Assembly (NCBI RefSeq): GCF_036321535.1
Contig: NC_087447.1
Location: forward strand, 43,588,001-43,652,000
Length of the DNA: 64,000 nt
From: Camelus dromedarius
Taxonomy: Eukaryota
Direction of reading: 5' to 3'
Below the pieces are notes generated by a model that was not told where the DNA came from, searched no databases, and saw only the letters and a list, made by a program, of their open reading frames with translations. How positions within the stretch are numbered: the first letter of the stretch is position 1; the number at the start of each line of letters is the position of its first letter. Made by a program: the position numbers and the translations under genes. Below are positions 48,111 to 60,350 of the stretch, in pieces.

Positions 48111-49185
48111 CTGAAAGGACATGGCCACAGGTGGGGTTCAACAGCGTTCTGGTCAAGGCTGTCCTGTGGCCACTACAGGTGAAGCAGTGGGGCACTGGGT
48201 GTGCCCCATCTGACACCTGTGTCCTCTAAGCTCATGGGGGGGGGGTCTCAGGGACCCCACGTGTTGGGTTAGAATAGACAACACTATCAAGAATAAATTG
48301 CTTGTACCTTGGAGGTCAGGTTGCTATTTCAAGGCCGCCAGAGGCCTATCAGAGGTGATAAGGGCAAGGCTGGGTGGATTCATTTCAGTGTGAGAGCCAA
48401 GAAAACACAAGTTGAAAAAAAGTGAGTGCTGTTCAGATTCATGGAGATGCTCCCCAACCTCGTCTTCTTAACCTGCCTCAGTAAGTCAGGAAAACAGCAA
48501 CAAGGACTCAGCAGGGACACTTTCTGTGGCCTGTGGGCTCGGTGCTGGGGCAGTCCTTCTGGGACCGGCCTTGCACCGCCAGCTCCAGTCTGCCTACCCG
48601 CCTTGCAAGGAGGCCATTATTCTGCTTTACAGATAAGGAAGGCAGGGCTCAGAGAGAGTGATTTGCCCAAGGTCTCAGACAGGGACCAGGTCAGCCTCCC
48701 TCCAGAGTGGCTCGTCTTCCCCGGGACTAAGCTGCTTCCCCACTGGATACACTGTGATACGCTCACAGGCCTGTGATGTCCGTGCAGTCAAAGGTGCAGT
48801 AGGAAATACGTGTGTCTCATGGACAGAGAGGGCAGAACGGTGTCCACCAGGCTGGGCATGAGGCCTGGGATTTGGGCTGACTAGGCAGGTGATCCAGAGC
48901 TGCTGAGCACCTTGGTTTCCTCACCGTCTCAGCCTGGTAAGAGGGTCTGAGACCTGGCACCTTTAAGAAGGCTGGTGGCAGGCTAACAGAGGCCTCTGGG
49001 CTGCCTTCTGCCTCAGGGCTGACTCCGGCACCCAGCCCCACCTGCTGCTCCTCCCCCAGCAGAGATGCTGATGACACAGGTTCAGATAGGCACGGGGGCT
49101 GCCCCAGGCCTTGTGCACCACCACACCAAACTCCCAGGGCCTCCCCGGTACCTGTCCTACTGTGGAGAGAGGGCCAGAGTCCTAC

Positions 49186-49251
49186 CGTGAGGCGGTGAAT
49201 GTCTTGGGAGAGGAGCCCTATCTGCGTCACGGTGCCTTCCGAAGGTGCCAT
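49186..49251 (-). CDS. PPFIBP2: Liprin-beta-2 alternative C-terminal exon (MAPSEGTVTQIGLLSQDIHRLT)
   Basis: ttttacag/gtagga, 66 nt, phase 0-0; resembles the recalled PPFIBP1 tail MEDSEGTVRQIGAFSEGINNLT. Confidence 0.8.
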
Positions 49252-51360
49252 CTGTAAAACGGGCAGCAGCCTGATCAGCACACTTGGGCCGAGCTTGTGA
49301 GTCGCAGAGGTGGCATGCATGCCCTAGCCTGCTCAGGCATGCTCCTGGGGCAAGAGGCAAGGAGTTGGCCAGGTCCTGGGGAGTGACAGATGGCTGGGGC
49401 ACATGCTGCCTTTGTCCTTGGGAAAGGGAGAGCTTCCTGTGTCCCCCAGTCATGCACACACACTCCTGCATCCCCACCCTGGCACCAGAACTAAGGGTAC
49501 ACAGGAGCAGGGCACAGACAGGGCAGCTGGAGCAGCCCTGTCGCACATGCTCAGTGTTCCAGCTCTCTCCAGGGGCAGAGCAACAGGGATGAAGGCCTTC
49601 AGGGTGCTGAGCACATCATTTCTGGCACCAGCAGGACCCCAGACACTGACAGGTGTAGCCGGGCATCCTCACTCCCAGGAGCCTCCTTCCCCTCCTCAGG
49701 TAATGCTGGCCTGCCCCATCTTCTTTAAACCTATTTGGGCAGTTTAGATTTGGAAGCATCCTCTGAGGGCATTGAGTATAACCCCTCATTTTGCTGGTGG
49801 GAGAACTGAGGCCCACAAAGTCATACAGGCCTTGCTTAAGGCTGCACAGAGGATTAGTGGCATAACTATCCTATTCAGGGTTTGACAGCAGCACATGCAG
49901 AGATTCTCCCACCAGGACACAATAAAAGATAAGGGACAAAGCCTGCCCCTGACTGTGGCTCTAAACTGCAGTGCTCAGGTGTCAGACTCAGGGAGCACCT
50001 GTCCTTCAGTGGTCCCAGCCCTGGGATCAAACAGCAGTCGTGCCAGCTGGCGAGCCTGTACCCCAATCTCCTGCAGGCGAGACTGCACGGGGAGTCCGAG
50101 GCCATGGCCTGAGGCTGCCGGTAGTTTAAAAAGCAAATCTTCACATCACCCTCATCTGAGACAGAATCAGTGTTCAAACCGGGGTCACCAGGCCCCTCCC
50201 GGCCACCAGCCAGTTAAAATGCTTCTGTCATGCTTCTGCAGATGAGGCCCAGGGGACCCAGTGGAGCCAAGAGCTGCACTGGGGCAAACCGGAATCTCAC
50301 AATCAGGAGCCCAGTCGGGCAGGTGTGTCCCTCCCCCAGTCCTCAGCCAGGCGGGGCCCGTCCAGAAGACAATTAGTTGGCCTCTGCATCAGGACAGGTC
50401 TGTTCCAGACCAACTCCCACAGGGTTCTGGGCCCAGCTAGGTCAGTAACTGCGGAGCAGACACAGCACGTGCAAGAACAGAGGGCTTTTCCAGCAAGGCC
50501 GCCCGGTCTCTCACGCCCCCTTCACCAGGTGACCCAGGCCACTGAAACGGAAACAACTTTGGGGTCTGCATGACAGACGTGCCCTCCAGTCACAATGTGT
50601 GTGAGATGCAAAGTGCCCCTGGGCTGCACGCGGGGCGGTGGAGCCTGAAGCAAGGCCAGAGACCTTTAAAGGATGGGGATCCCTCCTGGCTCCATCTCCC
50701 TCACCCAGGACACCCGCAGATCCTAACCCAGCTCAGGGGCAACGGCTCTCGAGCTGCGTGACAGACGAGCAGGACTCCGTGTCCAGAGGTGCGGAGCTTG
50801 CCTCCCGACAAGATGGAAGGTGTGCTGCGCACTTTGCATTCTACATAAATATGGTTATTATTACCAGAAAAAAGCGACCACCTCAGAAGGACGGCAGGGC
50901 AATTATATTGTCAATGTGGCAGAAGTCCCTGCTGCTGTCCCTTCGGTCTCAGCTGAGACTGGCCACAGGCCTAAGGCACTTGGGATTGCCCTCAAGTGGG
51001 GCACAGCCAAGGGGCCGAGAGCTGAGCCTCTCGGGACTGTCCATGGTCTCTGGACCATGTCTAGGCTTGTGTGTTGCCACTGGAGCTGAAGGTGGACAAT
51101 CAGACTTAACTGAAAATGTACAAGCATCTTTAAGTGTCTTTCCTCCTGAGTCCCCAGAGCCTGGCCCCTTAGCAAAGTTGCAGCTTCGTACCCTGGCCAC
51201 CCTCAGGGTTCAGACAGAGACTGGCCCAGGGGTACATAGTGGCTGGAATGTTCTCTGCTAGTCATGCACACACACAGGGGGTGAGGTGCAGTTACAGAAG
51301 GACACACCCGGTGTAACCGTGAGCTCGCAGGATGCACAGACAGTACAGGTGACAAAGGCA

Positions 51361-51555
51361 TCAGCTAATCTGTCCCACCTGGTCCAGCCCGTCCATTTCA
51401 GGGCCATCGAGGGGGCTGAGGCCCCGGTAGCCACTGTAGGCCCTCTGACTGTCACCGACACTGTCACTGGGCTCCATCGGGCAAATGTAGTCTGTCGATT
51501 CATCAAACTTCTTTTTCCTTATGTTTCCAAAATGTGAAAATCCCAGTTTCCGTGG
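51361..51555 (-). CDS. PPFIBP2: Liprin-beta-2 terminal exon of the short form (...LDQVGQIS*); internal donor after 51379 serves the long form
   Basis: tag acceptor; PRKLGFSHFGNIRKKKFDESTDYICPMEPSD...EMDGLDQVGQIS, TGA at 51361-51363. Confidence 0.92.
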   Translation of the reverse strand, partial: PRKLGFSHFGNIRKKKFDESTDYICPMEPSDSVGDSQRAYSGYRGLSPLDGPEMDGLDQVGQIS

Positions 51556-52647
51556 CTAAAACACAGCAGAGGCAAGATTATGAGAAAGTGATTATCAAAC
51601 TGGTATGCAGCTACCCCTGGCAATACATTTCAGAGCAGGCCCGTGAGGAAAGGAGCAAGGCAAGCTGCTTCTAGAAAAACTCTTAACAAAACAGAGCTAC
51701 TGCAAGCAACTTCTGTGCTGGGGAAAGGCCCACAGATAAATCTTCGCGAGCAAGGAGAGCTGCTCCTCCAGGACTCTGGGCCCAAAATTCTGGCCCGGCT
51801 GTCCCACTAGTGATGTTCATGTTCCCTGGGGGGACTGGGGATTCCCAGAGGATGCTGCTGTCTGCACAGAGGCTGAGCTTAGAGGAGGACTTGAAACCCC
51901 ATGGGGAGCAGTCCCCTCCTTCTGCTCCCAGCACCTCAGGAAGTCACAGGGACGGCCCTAGCTTCCTCCCAGCTCCAGCTTCCCCCAGCACTGTTCTGCT
52001 TGTCTCCCCCAGACACGTTTCCTGTCCTGCTCCCTTGGGGAAGGAGGTCTGTGCATGGACTGCAGCTAGACCTAAGGCATCACCATGCTGCTGGGGACAG
52101 GGACTGCCTGGACTCCAGAAATCCAGGCGGTGGGCCTACGGTCCAGGGGGACAAGGTCTGAGGATGCTGTGGCTCAGGCAGGAGGAAAGGGGCTTTGTGA
52201 GATTCAGAGAGCCCCAGTGAGTGGCGCTGGCGCTTGATGACCTCGGGACCTCTGGACGGACGGCTGTGTGCTGGCCACCTGCACAGTACCAGGTGACGGG
52301 CCAGCTCCTCACACAGCACTCCGGGAGTGGCGTGCAGGTGGGCCTGACCAAAGGGAACCCACACTTGGGAATTTGTCTGCTTTTTGCAAAATGAGTGAAG
52401 GCAGCACTAGGAGGGAAGACCAGCTCCTATCCACCTGAGGCTAGATTCTTCCTGCAAGTCATTTCTGTATAAAGAGACCTGCACTCCCTTAGACTCAAAG
52501 GTGGCCTAACAAAGACTAGTGGACAAGGAAACCAAAACCGCAGGGCAGAAGCCAGGAGCGCCTCCTGGTCCAGGCAGCCCACCCTGGTTTGGCTCCAGGC
52601 ACTAGTCAGCTGCTGCACAACACGGGCCAGAGGGCCGGGCTACTCAC

Positions 52648-52836
52648 CCGGACTTTGGCTGTGGTGGTCAGTGGTGTGTAAGCCGGTGAGGTCATTTTCT
52701 CTCGCTTCTCCTGCTCAGCCTCAGGACCAATCAAGGCATTGAATTTGGTGGTCAAGTGGCGTCTGAGGAGCGTCTTCTGTGGGGGGATATTGAGAAGCAT
52801 GGCCAGGGTGTCCCCAGTGAAGCGTGGCTCCAGGAT
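52648..52836 (-). CDS. PPFIBP2: Liprin-beta-2 exon, end of SAM3
   Basis: tag/gtgagt; ILEPRFTGDTLAMLLNIPPQKTLLRRHLTTKFNALIGPEAEQEKREKMTSPAYTPLTTTAKVR. Confidence 0.95.
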
Positions 52837-53361
52837 CTAGGAAGAAACCACAGACAAGGCAGTGGTGACCACCAGTGGCGCCAGGTGACAACACTGAAAA
52901 ACAGGCCCCCATGGGCCAGGCTTCCTCCAGGGCAGGAGCTGAAGCTCCTCCTCTTGTCCTGTGTCCCACTCCCCATGCTCTCCCCTGCCCAGGGCCCAGC
53001 TCTGTGACTGGCCAGCAGAGCGCTGTGGCCTCGTAGACGAGGCTGTTCCCCGGGGTCTGCTCTAGACAACACTGAGCCACCCCTTCCTGGTGTCCCTGCT
53101 GGCTCTGCCAATTGACAGATCTGAGCGATGGTACAGACTGTATAGTGACAAGCAGGACGTTACATTTTGGTGGCCTCCCCCTCACTCTTCAGCCCGTGTT
53201 CCTCCAGCAGCAAAGTGGAGCTGCCTGGTTAACGGTTGATGCTCATGCAACCCCCTTGTCCTGGGATCCTCCAGGTCTGTGGCTGGGGAGGTCTCTCCAG
53301 AAGCCACCTTGTTTCCATGAAATCTACTGCTGTCCTCTCCCCCACCACCCATGGTCAGTTC

Positions 53362-53492
53362 TTTTTTAATTTTTTTATTTGGGGGGGGTAATTAGGTTTA
53401 TTTATTTATACATTTAATCGAGGCACTGGGGATTGAACCTACCACCTCATACATGCTAGGCATGTGCTCTACCGCTGAACTATGCCCTCCCC
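53362..53492 (-). mobile_element. tRNA-derived SINE, same family
   Basis: ggtaattaggtttattt...ctggggattgaacc...catgtgctctaccgctgaactatgccctcccc. Confidence 0.8.
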
Positions 53493-53662
53493 TCTCCATG
53501 ACATCTATTAACAAATGATCCGATTATACCTTCTTCAGTTTACACAAAGGGTTCAGATCACGTATCATTTCTTACTTGGATATAGTCTAGCCCTTAAGAA
53601 AGCAGTTTCTGAATACCCCAGGTGGCACCAAGGCAGGTGGGCCAGCCCAAAAAGCCACTCAC

Positions 53663-53788
53663 AATGAGACCTCCATGGACACCACTCCCACGAAGGTTGG
53701 GTGCATATTCCGCCAGGTCCACGGACCGCAACCACTCCATCACCCTGTGGTTGGACCACTGCACCACTTCTGAAGGAGAAAGGTTACT
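53663..53788 (-). CDS. PPFIBP2: Liprin-beta-2 exon, SAM3
   Basis: cag/gtgagt; SNLSPSEVVQWSNHRVMEWLRSVDLAEYAPNLRGSGVHGGLI. Confidence 0.95.
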
Positions 53789-54977
53789 CTGTGAGAGGGA
53801 GAAGGAGAGTGAAGAAGTCAGGCTTAAAGTCTTCCATGCTTCTCTGTGGAGCCAGCCCTTGTGAGGAAGCCAGGCTCCGATGCCTTGCCAAAGACAACCC
53901 TCACACCCAGGGACCCAGGCCTCCCGGCCAGCTTCCCGGGAGCCTTCCCAGGTTCCAGGAAATAAAGCTCTCACTGAACCTGCAGGATCTTCTACACTGG
54001 GATGTCTGATTCTGGAATCCTGTTACTCCCCAAATCTCTGGTCATTCTGGGGCTAATCCATGAAGGCATACAGTCATTCATTCTGTAATTCAACAGAACT
54101 CTGCGGAGGTCTATGAATTATGAGCTGACTATTTCACAGACAGAAGAGCTCCCTGGCGTGGCCAAATGTTTCAGGAGAACACACCTTAAAATACTTACAC
54201 CCAAGTGTCTGCAAGTGGCATCTGGGTCTTCAAAATGCCCAGCACTGTGCCTGACATACAGTAGGTGTTTAAAACATGTTCGTTGAATAAGGAGAAAAGA
54301 GGAGCGAGGGGTAAAGGCAGGAATTTTTAATCCCCTGGAAGCTGCGTGACTCTCACAGCAGGGTTAGACTGGAACTTAGGAGACGGGATGTAACTGACAA
54401 CCCCGTAGCTTCAGGGCCCACCAAGAACCCCGGGGTTCATGGAAAATTATCAGAATTTTCCAGGATCTGAGTTGCTGTGTTTACCTACACTATTTTTTCT
54501 CTAGCAAAACCAGCTCACGGATCCCCTGCGCACCTGGGGCTGGAGGTCAGTTAATTTTTTATCTCGAGTAGGGAGATCTACTCTGGCATGTCTGGTTCCC
54601 TACTGGCTCCTCCGCCCCCACTCCTCTGCCTGCTTTGACACCCAACCTTCCACTTTGTCTTTTCCGTCCCTCATCTTTGCTCCATTTCCTCATCTCCTTT
54701 TGCCATTATGATGCTTTGAAAGACTACTCCTGCCCTCCAGCCCCTAGTATGTGTCTCCCCAGAGGAGGTGGGAGTTGGAGGGCTAGTGGCTGATGTGGGA
54801 CATGGGTACAGGCCACAGGGGTGTTGGGGCACCAGGAAGCCCCAGCAAAGGAACGAATCCACAGCGCCGTGGTCTGAAATGCAGCCATTTTGCGGTGATT
54901 CGCTCTGGTCTCCTCACACCTGATCTGACAGATGTCCTGGCTCGGGGCTCCCTATGTAGGTGCTGGCCTGCCCTCAC

Positions 54978-55100
54978 CTCATCAGCTGGCCGCCGGTGCA
55001 GGCAGTGGGGGTTGAACTTGTTGACGTGCAGCACGTGAATGGCACATTTGATGCTGAGATGATGTAGTTGGCTGGTGACTTTTAGGAAGAGTAGATCATT
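54978..55100 (-). CDS. PPFIBP2: Liprin-beta-2 exon, SAM2
   Basis: cag/gtgagg; NDLLFLKVTSQLHHLSIKCAIHVLHVNKFNPHCLHRRPADE. Confidence 0.95.
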
Positions 55101-55420
55101 CTGGAAGAGAAAAGCTGTGGTTGATGAACCAGAGTTTCCAAAGTGACAAACGCGACCTCTGAGGCTCCTTCCCAGACTAAGCATAGACAGGTCGTCTACC
55201 ACGTGTCGGGAAGGTGCACGTGGACACAGCAACAGCTCTCCTTGGCACGACGGTTCGTGCTCTGGTACTCGGGACCCCTTAGGCGACAAACAACACTGTT
55301 TTAAGACCTTAAGAATATGGGGGGATGGTGGACTCAAGTTTAAAATAACCACCATAGGGACACCAGAGTGGAGCTGGGTGCTCACAGGGAGAACTGAGAC
55401 GCCGGAGGAGGGACCCTCAC

Positions 55421-55509
55421 CACAGTCAGGTACTGCAGCATGCGCCCGTCCACTCTGGACTCATGAAACTGGTCTTTGTACTGCGGTAAGCCAATGTCAT
55501 CGAGCCAAC
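55421..55509 (-). CDS. PPFIBP2: Liprin-beta-2 exon, SAM2
   Basis: cag/gtgagg; RWLDDIGLPQYKDQFHESRVDGRMLQYLTV. Confidence 0.95.
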
Positions 55510-55731
55510 CTGCAGAAAGAGGGAGTTGAAATTCATGAAAATGGGAGAAATTTGATGCCAAAAAAAAAAAGCAACAAATGACCACTTTGGAGTTCCAGTT
55601 GTATCCCTCCCTAAAGTTCAGTCATTGTCTGCCTGTCCCACGGAGACAGCTGCCTTTGAGGCACACATTCTCCGGAGACTGTCGACTCTTAGGAGCTGCC
55701 AGAAACGTAGCACACACAGGCCTGCCCTTAC

Positions 55732-55843
55732 GTGTCACCCAAATGTGGTCCAGCAGGGCCGACTTCTCCTCCTGCTTGGTGTTGATGGCCTTCACTGCTA
55801 AAACCAGCTTTTTCCTGTGAAGAGGGTGCTTAATTCCCAGCTC
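55732..55843 (-). CDS. PPFIBP2: Liprin-beta-2 exon, SAM1/SAM2
   Basis: cag/gtaagg; ELGIKHPLHRKKLVLAVKAINTKQEEKSALLDHIWVT. Confidence 0.95.
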
Positions 55844-56108
55844 CTGAAATTGAGAGATGAAGACAGAGATGAGATCTTGGCGGACAGCCTGGCTCTCACC
55901 AGATGCTGCATCTGGGTGGAGATGCTCCCCACCAGGGGGAGTGGGGCAGCAGACCGCTGCCCAGCGCCCTGGAATCAACCCGCAGCAACAGAGAGCACCT
56001 CGGCGCCCTCTGTCCAGCCTCCTGTGGGGGGAGTGGGGGGGCCCTCACCTCCCCATGCATTGATTCGGGGAGAAATGGGAGCCTCCTCGCCCAGGGCTCA
56101 GCCCTTAC

Positions 56109-56259
56109 CTTTTCCATGTCCTGAGGGGTAGCTGTCAGTAAAGTGTGGCCAGAAGTCACCCACTGCCTGGCAAAGATCACGTACTGAGCCAAGCCGAAGT
56201 CCTCCAGCCAGGCACACACACGCTCCGTGCTCCACTGGGCGAAGGGGGCGTTGGCATCA
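56109..56259 (-). CDS. PPFIBP2: Liprin-beta-2 exon, SAM1
   Basis: cag/gtaagg; SDANAPFAQWSTERVCAWLEDFGLAQYVIFARQWVTSGHTLLTATPQDMEK. Confidence 0.95.
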
Positions 56260-57539
56260 CTGGGAAGCAGGAAACAGCAGGACCCTGTTAGTGGGAGAGC
56301 CTGGGGCGCATCTGAACATAACAGCACCTCGCAAAAAAGGGAAACTTTGTTTTAACAAACAACTCCCACCGTGGGGTCTAGTTGAACAGAACTCCACTAC
56401 AACGCACTCATTTGAGGCGGACTCCAGAGTTTCCCAGGATAACACCTGGTCTGAATCTCAACCCTGCAGCTGCTGAGAGCTCGGGGCCACCGCACGCCCC
56501 CCGGAGGCTGTGTTCACGTGTGCCGTCAGTCCATGCACACGGGCACACGTGCCAAAGCCTAGAGTTGCGGTCCCCTTAGGATGAAGATTCACAACTGAAT
56601 CATGTTTTAAACAGGGTTCAACACTGTTTCTTAGGAAAACACTTAGAAAACTAGGAAAAAGGGGTCAGTTCTCTAACATTACAAACAAAACAAAACAAAA
56701 GCCCTCCTCCAGTCAACAACAGGTAATGTCTTATTTACTATGGAACACTAGGGGCATTTGTAGTAAAGTCAATAAAAAGACAGTCTTTTTTTATCAGTAC
56801 TGGTAACACTGGTCTCACTGTTGCAGCTAGAATAAGAACAGATAAAATTAAACGTATAGCTATTAGAAAGGCAGGAGTGAAAGAAAGCCATTCTTTTCAG
56901 GTGATATAACTGCCCACCCAGAAAGCCCAAGAGAACTCAGCAGGGTACGCTAGCTTAACGCTACACAGACGTACACTTGTATTTCTATGACATGCACAAA
57001 TCAGTAATTTTCTATATACCATCAATGCACAGACACTAACATTTTTTGTTCTAATAATTTAAAAATCCCACATATAGCAACCAGTTATAAAATGGCTAGG
57101 AGTTGCCTGTACAAGGAACACATGGGTCCTGAGTAACTGTGTGTGGGGACAGGGGGAGGTGGTAACTACAACACTCAACTGAGCAACATGAAAAAACACA
57201 TGAATAAATGAAGAGCTGGATCATGTTCCTAGACAAAGCCTGGGCATGACAAAGCCACCAGTTCTTAAAGACATCAATTTTTCATTTATAGTGTGCATGT
57301 AACGGCACCTTCAAAATCCCAGTTGAGTCTGGAGGGGGTGGGGAGATTGACAAAGCAACTCTATATTCATTTTTAAAAATAAAGGAGGATTCATGGAATA
57401 CAGAAGACAAGCTATTCCAAAAGATTCCTTCCAAGAGAGTATTCCTAAAATGCCGGTTAAAAAAAATTTTTTTTTAATGCCTGGCTGAGCTGTTCTTCAA
57501 GTGAGGAAATTCCTTAAAGGGCCAGAATGACCTGAAAAC

Positions 57540-58195
57540 ACCATTTTATGGCCATAATCAAAAAGTCTACAAATATAAATTTGGAAAGGATGTGGAGAAA
57601 AGGGAACCATCCTAGACTGTTGTGGAAATGTAAATTGGTGCAGCCACTGTGGAGAACAGTATGGAGGTTCCTTAAAAAACTAGGGTTACCATAGAATCCA
57701 GCAATTCCACTCCTGGGCATATATCCAGAAAAGGCGAAAGCTCTAATTCAAAAAGATACATGCACCTCAACGTTCATAGCAGCACTATTTACAACAGCCA
57801 AAACATGGAAAAAACCTAAGTGTCCATCAACAGATGATTGGATAAAGAAGATGTGAGATATATACAAACATATGTATACACACACACAACAGAACTTCTT
57901 TACAAAACAGAAACAGACTCACAGACACAGAAAACACACTTACGGTTCCCAAAGGAGAAGGGGGGTGAGGGATAAATTGCAAGTATGGGATTAACAGATA
58001 CAGACTACCAAACATAAAAACAAGGCTTTACTGTATAGCACAGAGAACTATAATCAATATCTTGTAACCAACTACAATGGAAAAGACTTTTTAAAAAGAA
58101 TATAGATAAATACATATATTTGTATAACTGAATCACTTTGCTGTACACCTGAAACTAACACAATATTGTAAATCAACTATACTTCAACAAGAAAA
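57540..58195 (+). mobile_element. L1 3' fragment
   Basis: ggaaatgtaaattggtgcagccactgtggagaacagtatggaggttccttaaaaaact...tgtaaatcaactatacttcaa. Confidence 0.85.
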
Positions 58196-58334
58196 ACAGA
58201 CTAAAAAAATGTTCAGTGTATTACCATTATTTTAAAAAATAAAAAGTATTTGCATATTAAAAAAAGCGCACCATTCTAGAAGTGAGGAAGATGATAGTTA
58301 CTCAGCCTGGAGCCTGAATTTTAATAAATCATAA

Positions 58335-60350
58335 AGAGGTGCAGATCCAGGTTTAGTGAGTCCAGGAATTTGTAAAATTTGGGGTGACTTCTTTAAGAAA
58401 AGCACACGATTTGAATATGGCATTAGGAACAGAGTATCTAGAGTAAGAAAGAAAACCACAAAAAATTACAAATCTATTTCAACTGAAAAAACATGAAATC
58501 CAAATTAATATTTCTATTAATTAACTCCTGGGTATACCTCTATAGTACTTTATATTTAGGGTGCATATTTTTTGATTACTTCTTCGTATGTCCACAACTC
58601 TGTAACATAGCTATCCTTCTGTATCTGCCAGGGATTGCCAGGATCCCTGTAGATACCAAAATCCAGGGGTGCTCAGATCCCTTATATAAAATGGCATAGT
58701 TCACTCAGCCCTCCATATTCCCGGGTTCCGCATCCGCGGATTCAACCAATGGAAATTTGATCTGCGGTGGTTTGAATCCGTGGATGGGGCGAGGCTGTAT
58801 TTTTATGAGAAGGCTGATCCCTCTTCTAGCATGATTACTCAATTTTTTATCTTTATAGTTTTTTTTTTTAAAGTTTCAGTTTCACAATTTGTAACTGGTA
58901 TTGGCGAATGCATTTTTAGAATCGTCAAATTTAGGAAAACCTCTATCCTTTTAGATGCGAGCTGTAAAATTACACATTGTTCAAGTTTTCTAGTGCTCAT
59001 CTTAAATATTCTTTGAATTGGCAACATTTATTTGATGTCTGTGTGGCTATTGCATATTATGAGTTTTATGTCCTCTCTGCCCATGTCAGTGTATCATGTA
59101 AAATCAGCAAGAAATTTTCATCTTTTGCTAATGTGTTCATATGATTCACCTTATATGAACAACAATCTAGGAACCAATTCACTATTTTTGTTTGGAGTTT
59201 ATCTGTTGCTCTTAGTGAATTATTGCTTTTGGTTTGATCTGGGATTTTTTTGTTCATATATTTTTTCTTAATATCAGAATGCTTTCTCAATTTCAATGCT
59301 CGTTTTATCACTTTAATTTTATGTTCCATTAGTTTCTAATTTTGTTTATTTTCTGGTTTCTGGAAATTGGGAAGAAACAAATTTTCTATATATCTGAAGG
59401 ATATTTCAGTTCCAAGGGGAAATAAGTGTTTTTGAGATTATAATTTGAAAGCCTCTGTCCTGTAGACCTTTTAAAAACATCTTGGAGCTCTGATGCTCCT
59501 CCGCCCTCGGTAGTCTTCCCATTTTCTGCTTTGTGAATGGTCTCTGCCCGCCTAAGCCTGTGCTGTTCCCACAGTAGCAGACCCTGCTTCCCCACCTCCT
59601 CGGGTCCTCTGAGCGCTGGGTCTCCCACACTCTGATCCAGGGCCATGGCTGAATATGCTAGTAAGTAATATAGAGATAATAGAGAAAGTGCCTTTCATAT
59701 AGCGCCAAACCACTTGTTTTATTGACATGTTCCAAAACACCCTTCCAAACTGCAGTTAAAATTATGTAAGTGAGATTTATCCAAATCTGCCACTCGCATG
59801 GTAGAGAACACAAGGTGCATTTATAATTGTATATATTTCATTATTAAGTGCATTTCTGAAAAGAGAGAACTTCTGTTTTGAGTGAGCATCCAAGAGAATC
59901 AATTCTCTTGCTTAGGATTTTGCAAATCTGATGACTGGAAAGATTTTCCACAGACTAGCTTCTGGTTTTGTGTATTTCAAATGCTCTTTTTCCACTACCC
60001 CATACTTCTGAAACCAAATGCCAGAGGACAAATTTATTCTGGTACATGATCTCTGGCTCTGAATCTCTGTATCAGAGTGCTGGGCACACTGGAAAACTGG
60101 AAGCACTTTTATAGTAGGACAGTTGATTAACTAGATCTAACTAAACTAAACATGAAGTGACTGTAAACCATATACACATAATCCCACTAAACCCAAACTA
60201 AATGGATCTCCTGACTTCCCCATAGTCAGACCCCCCCACCAAAAAGCCCACGGCTACTCCAGCATCACATGACATTAGGCAAAGTGTAGACCAAGGGAAA
60301 ATTGGAGTGGAGACAGCAGTCTTAAAACTATTTGTAGTTTTCTCTTGGAA
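58335..60350. mobile_element. Ancient hAT-type DNA transposon remnant with a nested MER2-like element (~58610-58795)
   Basis: Terminus gcagatccaggttt...ttctttaagaaaag; nested gataccaaaatccagg...cccttatataaaatggcatagt...gcggattcaacc; names recalled, not searched. Confidence 0.45.

Noticed and set aside
50638..51261. 207-aa + strand ORF, and many other 60-200 aa ORFs in 40-64 kb
   Set aside because: No recognisable domain; they lie in GC-rich introns or UTR, or antisense to real exons, where such ORFs arise by chance.
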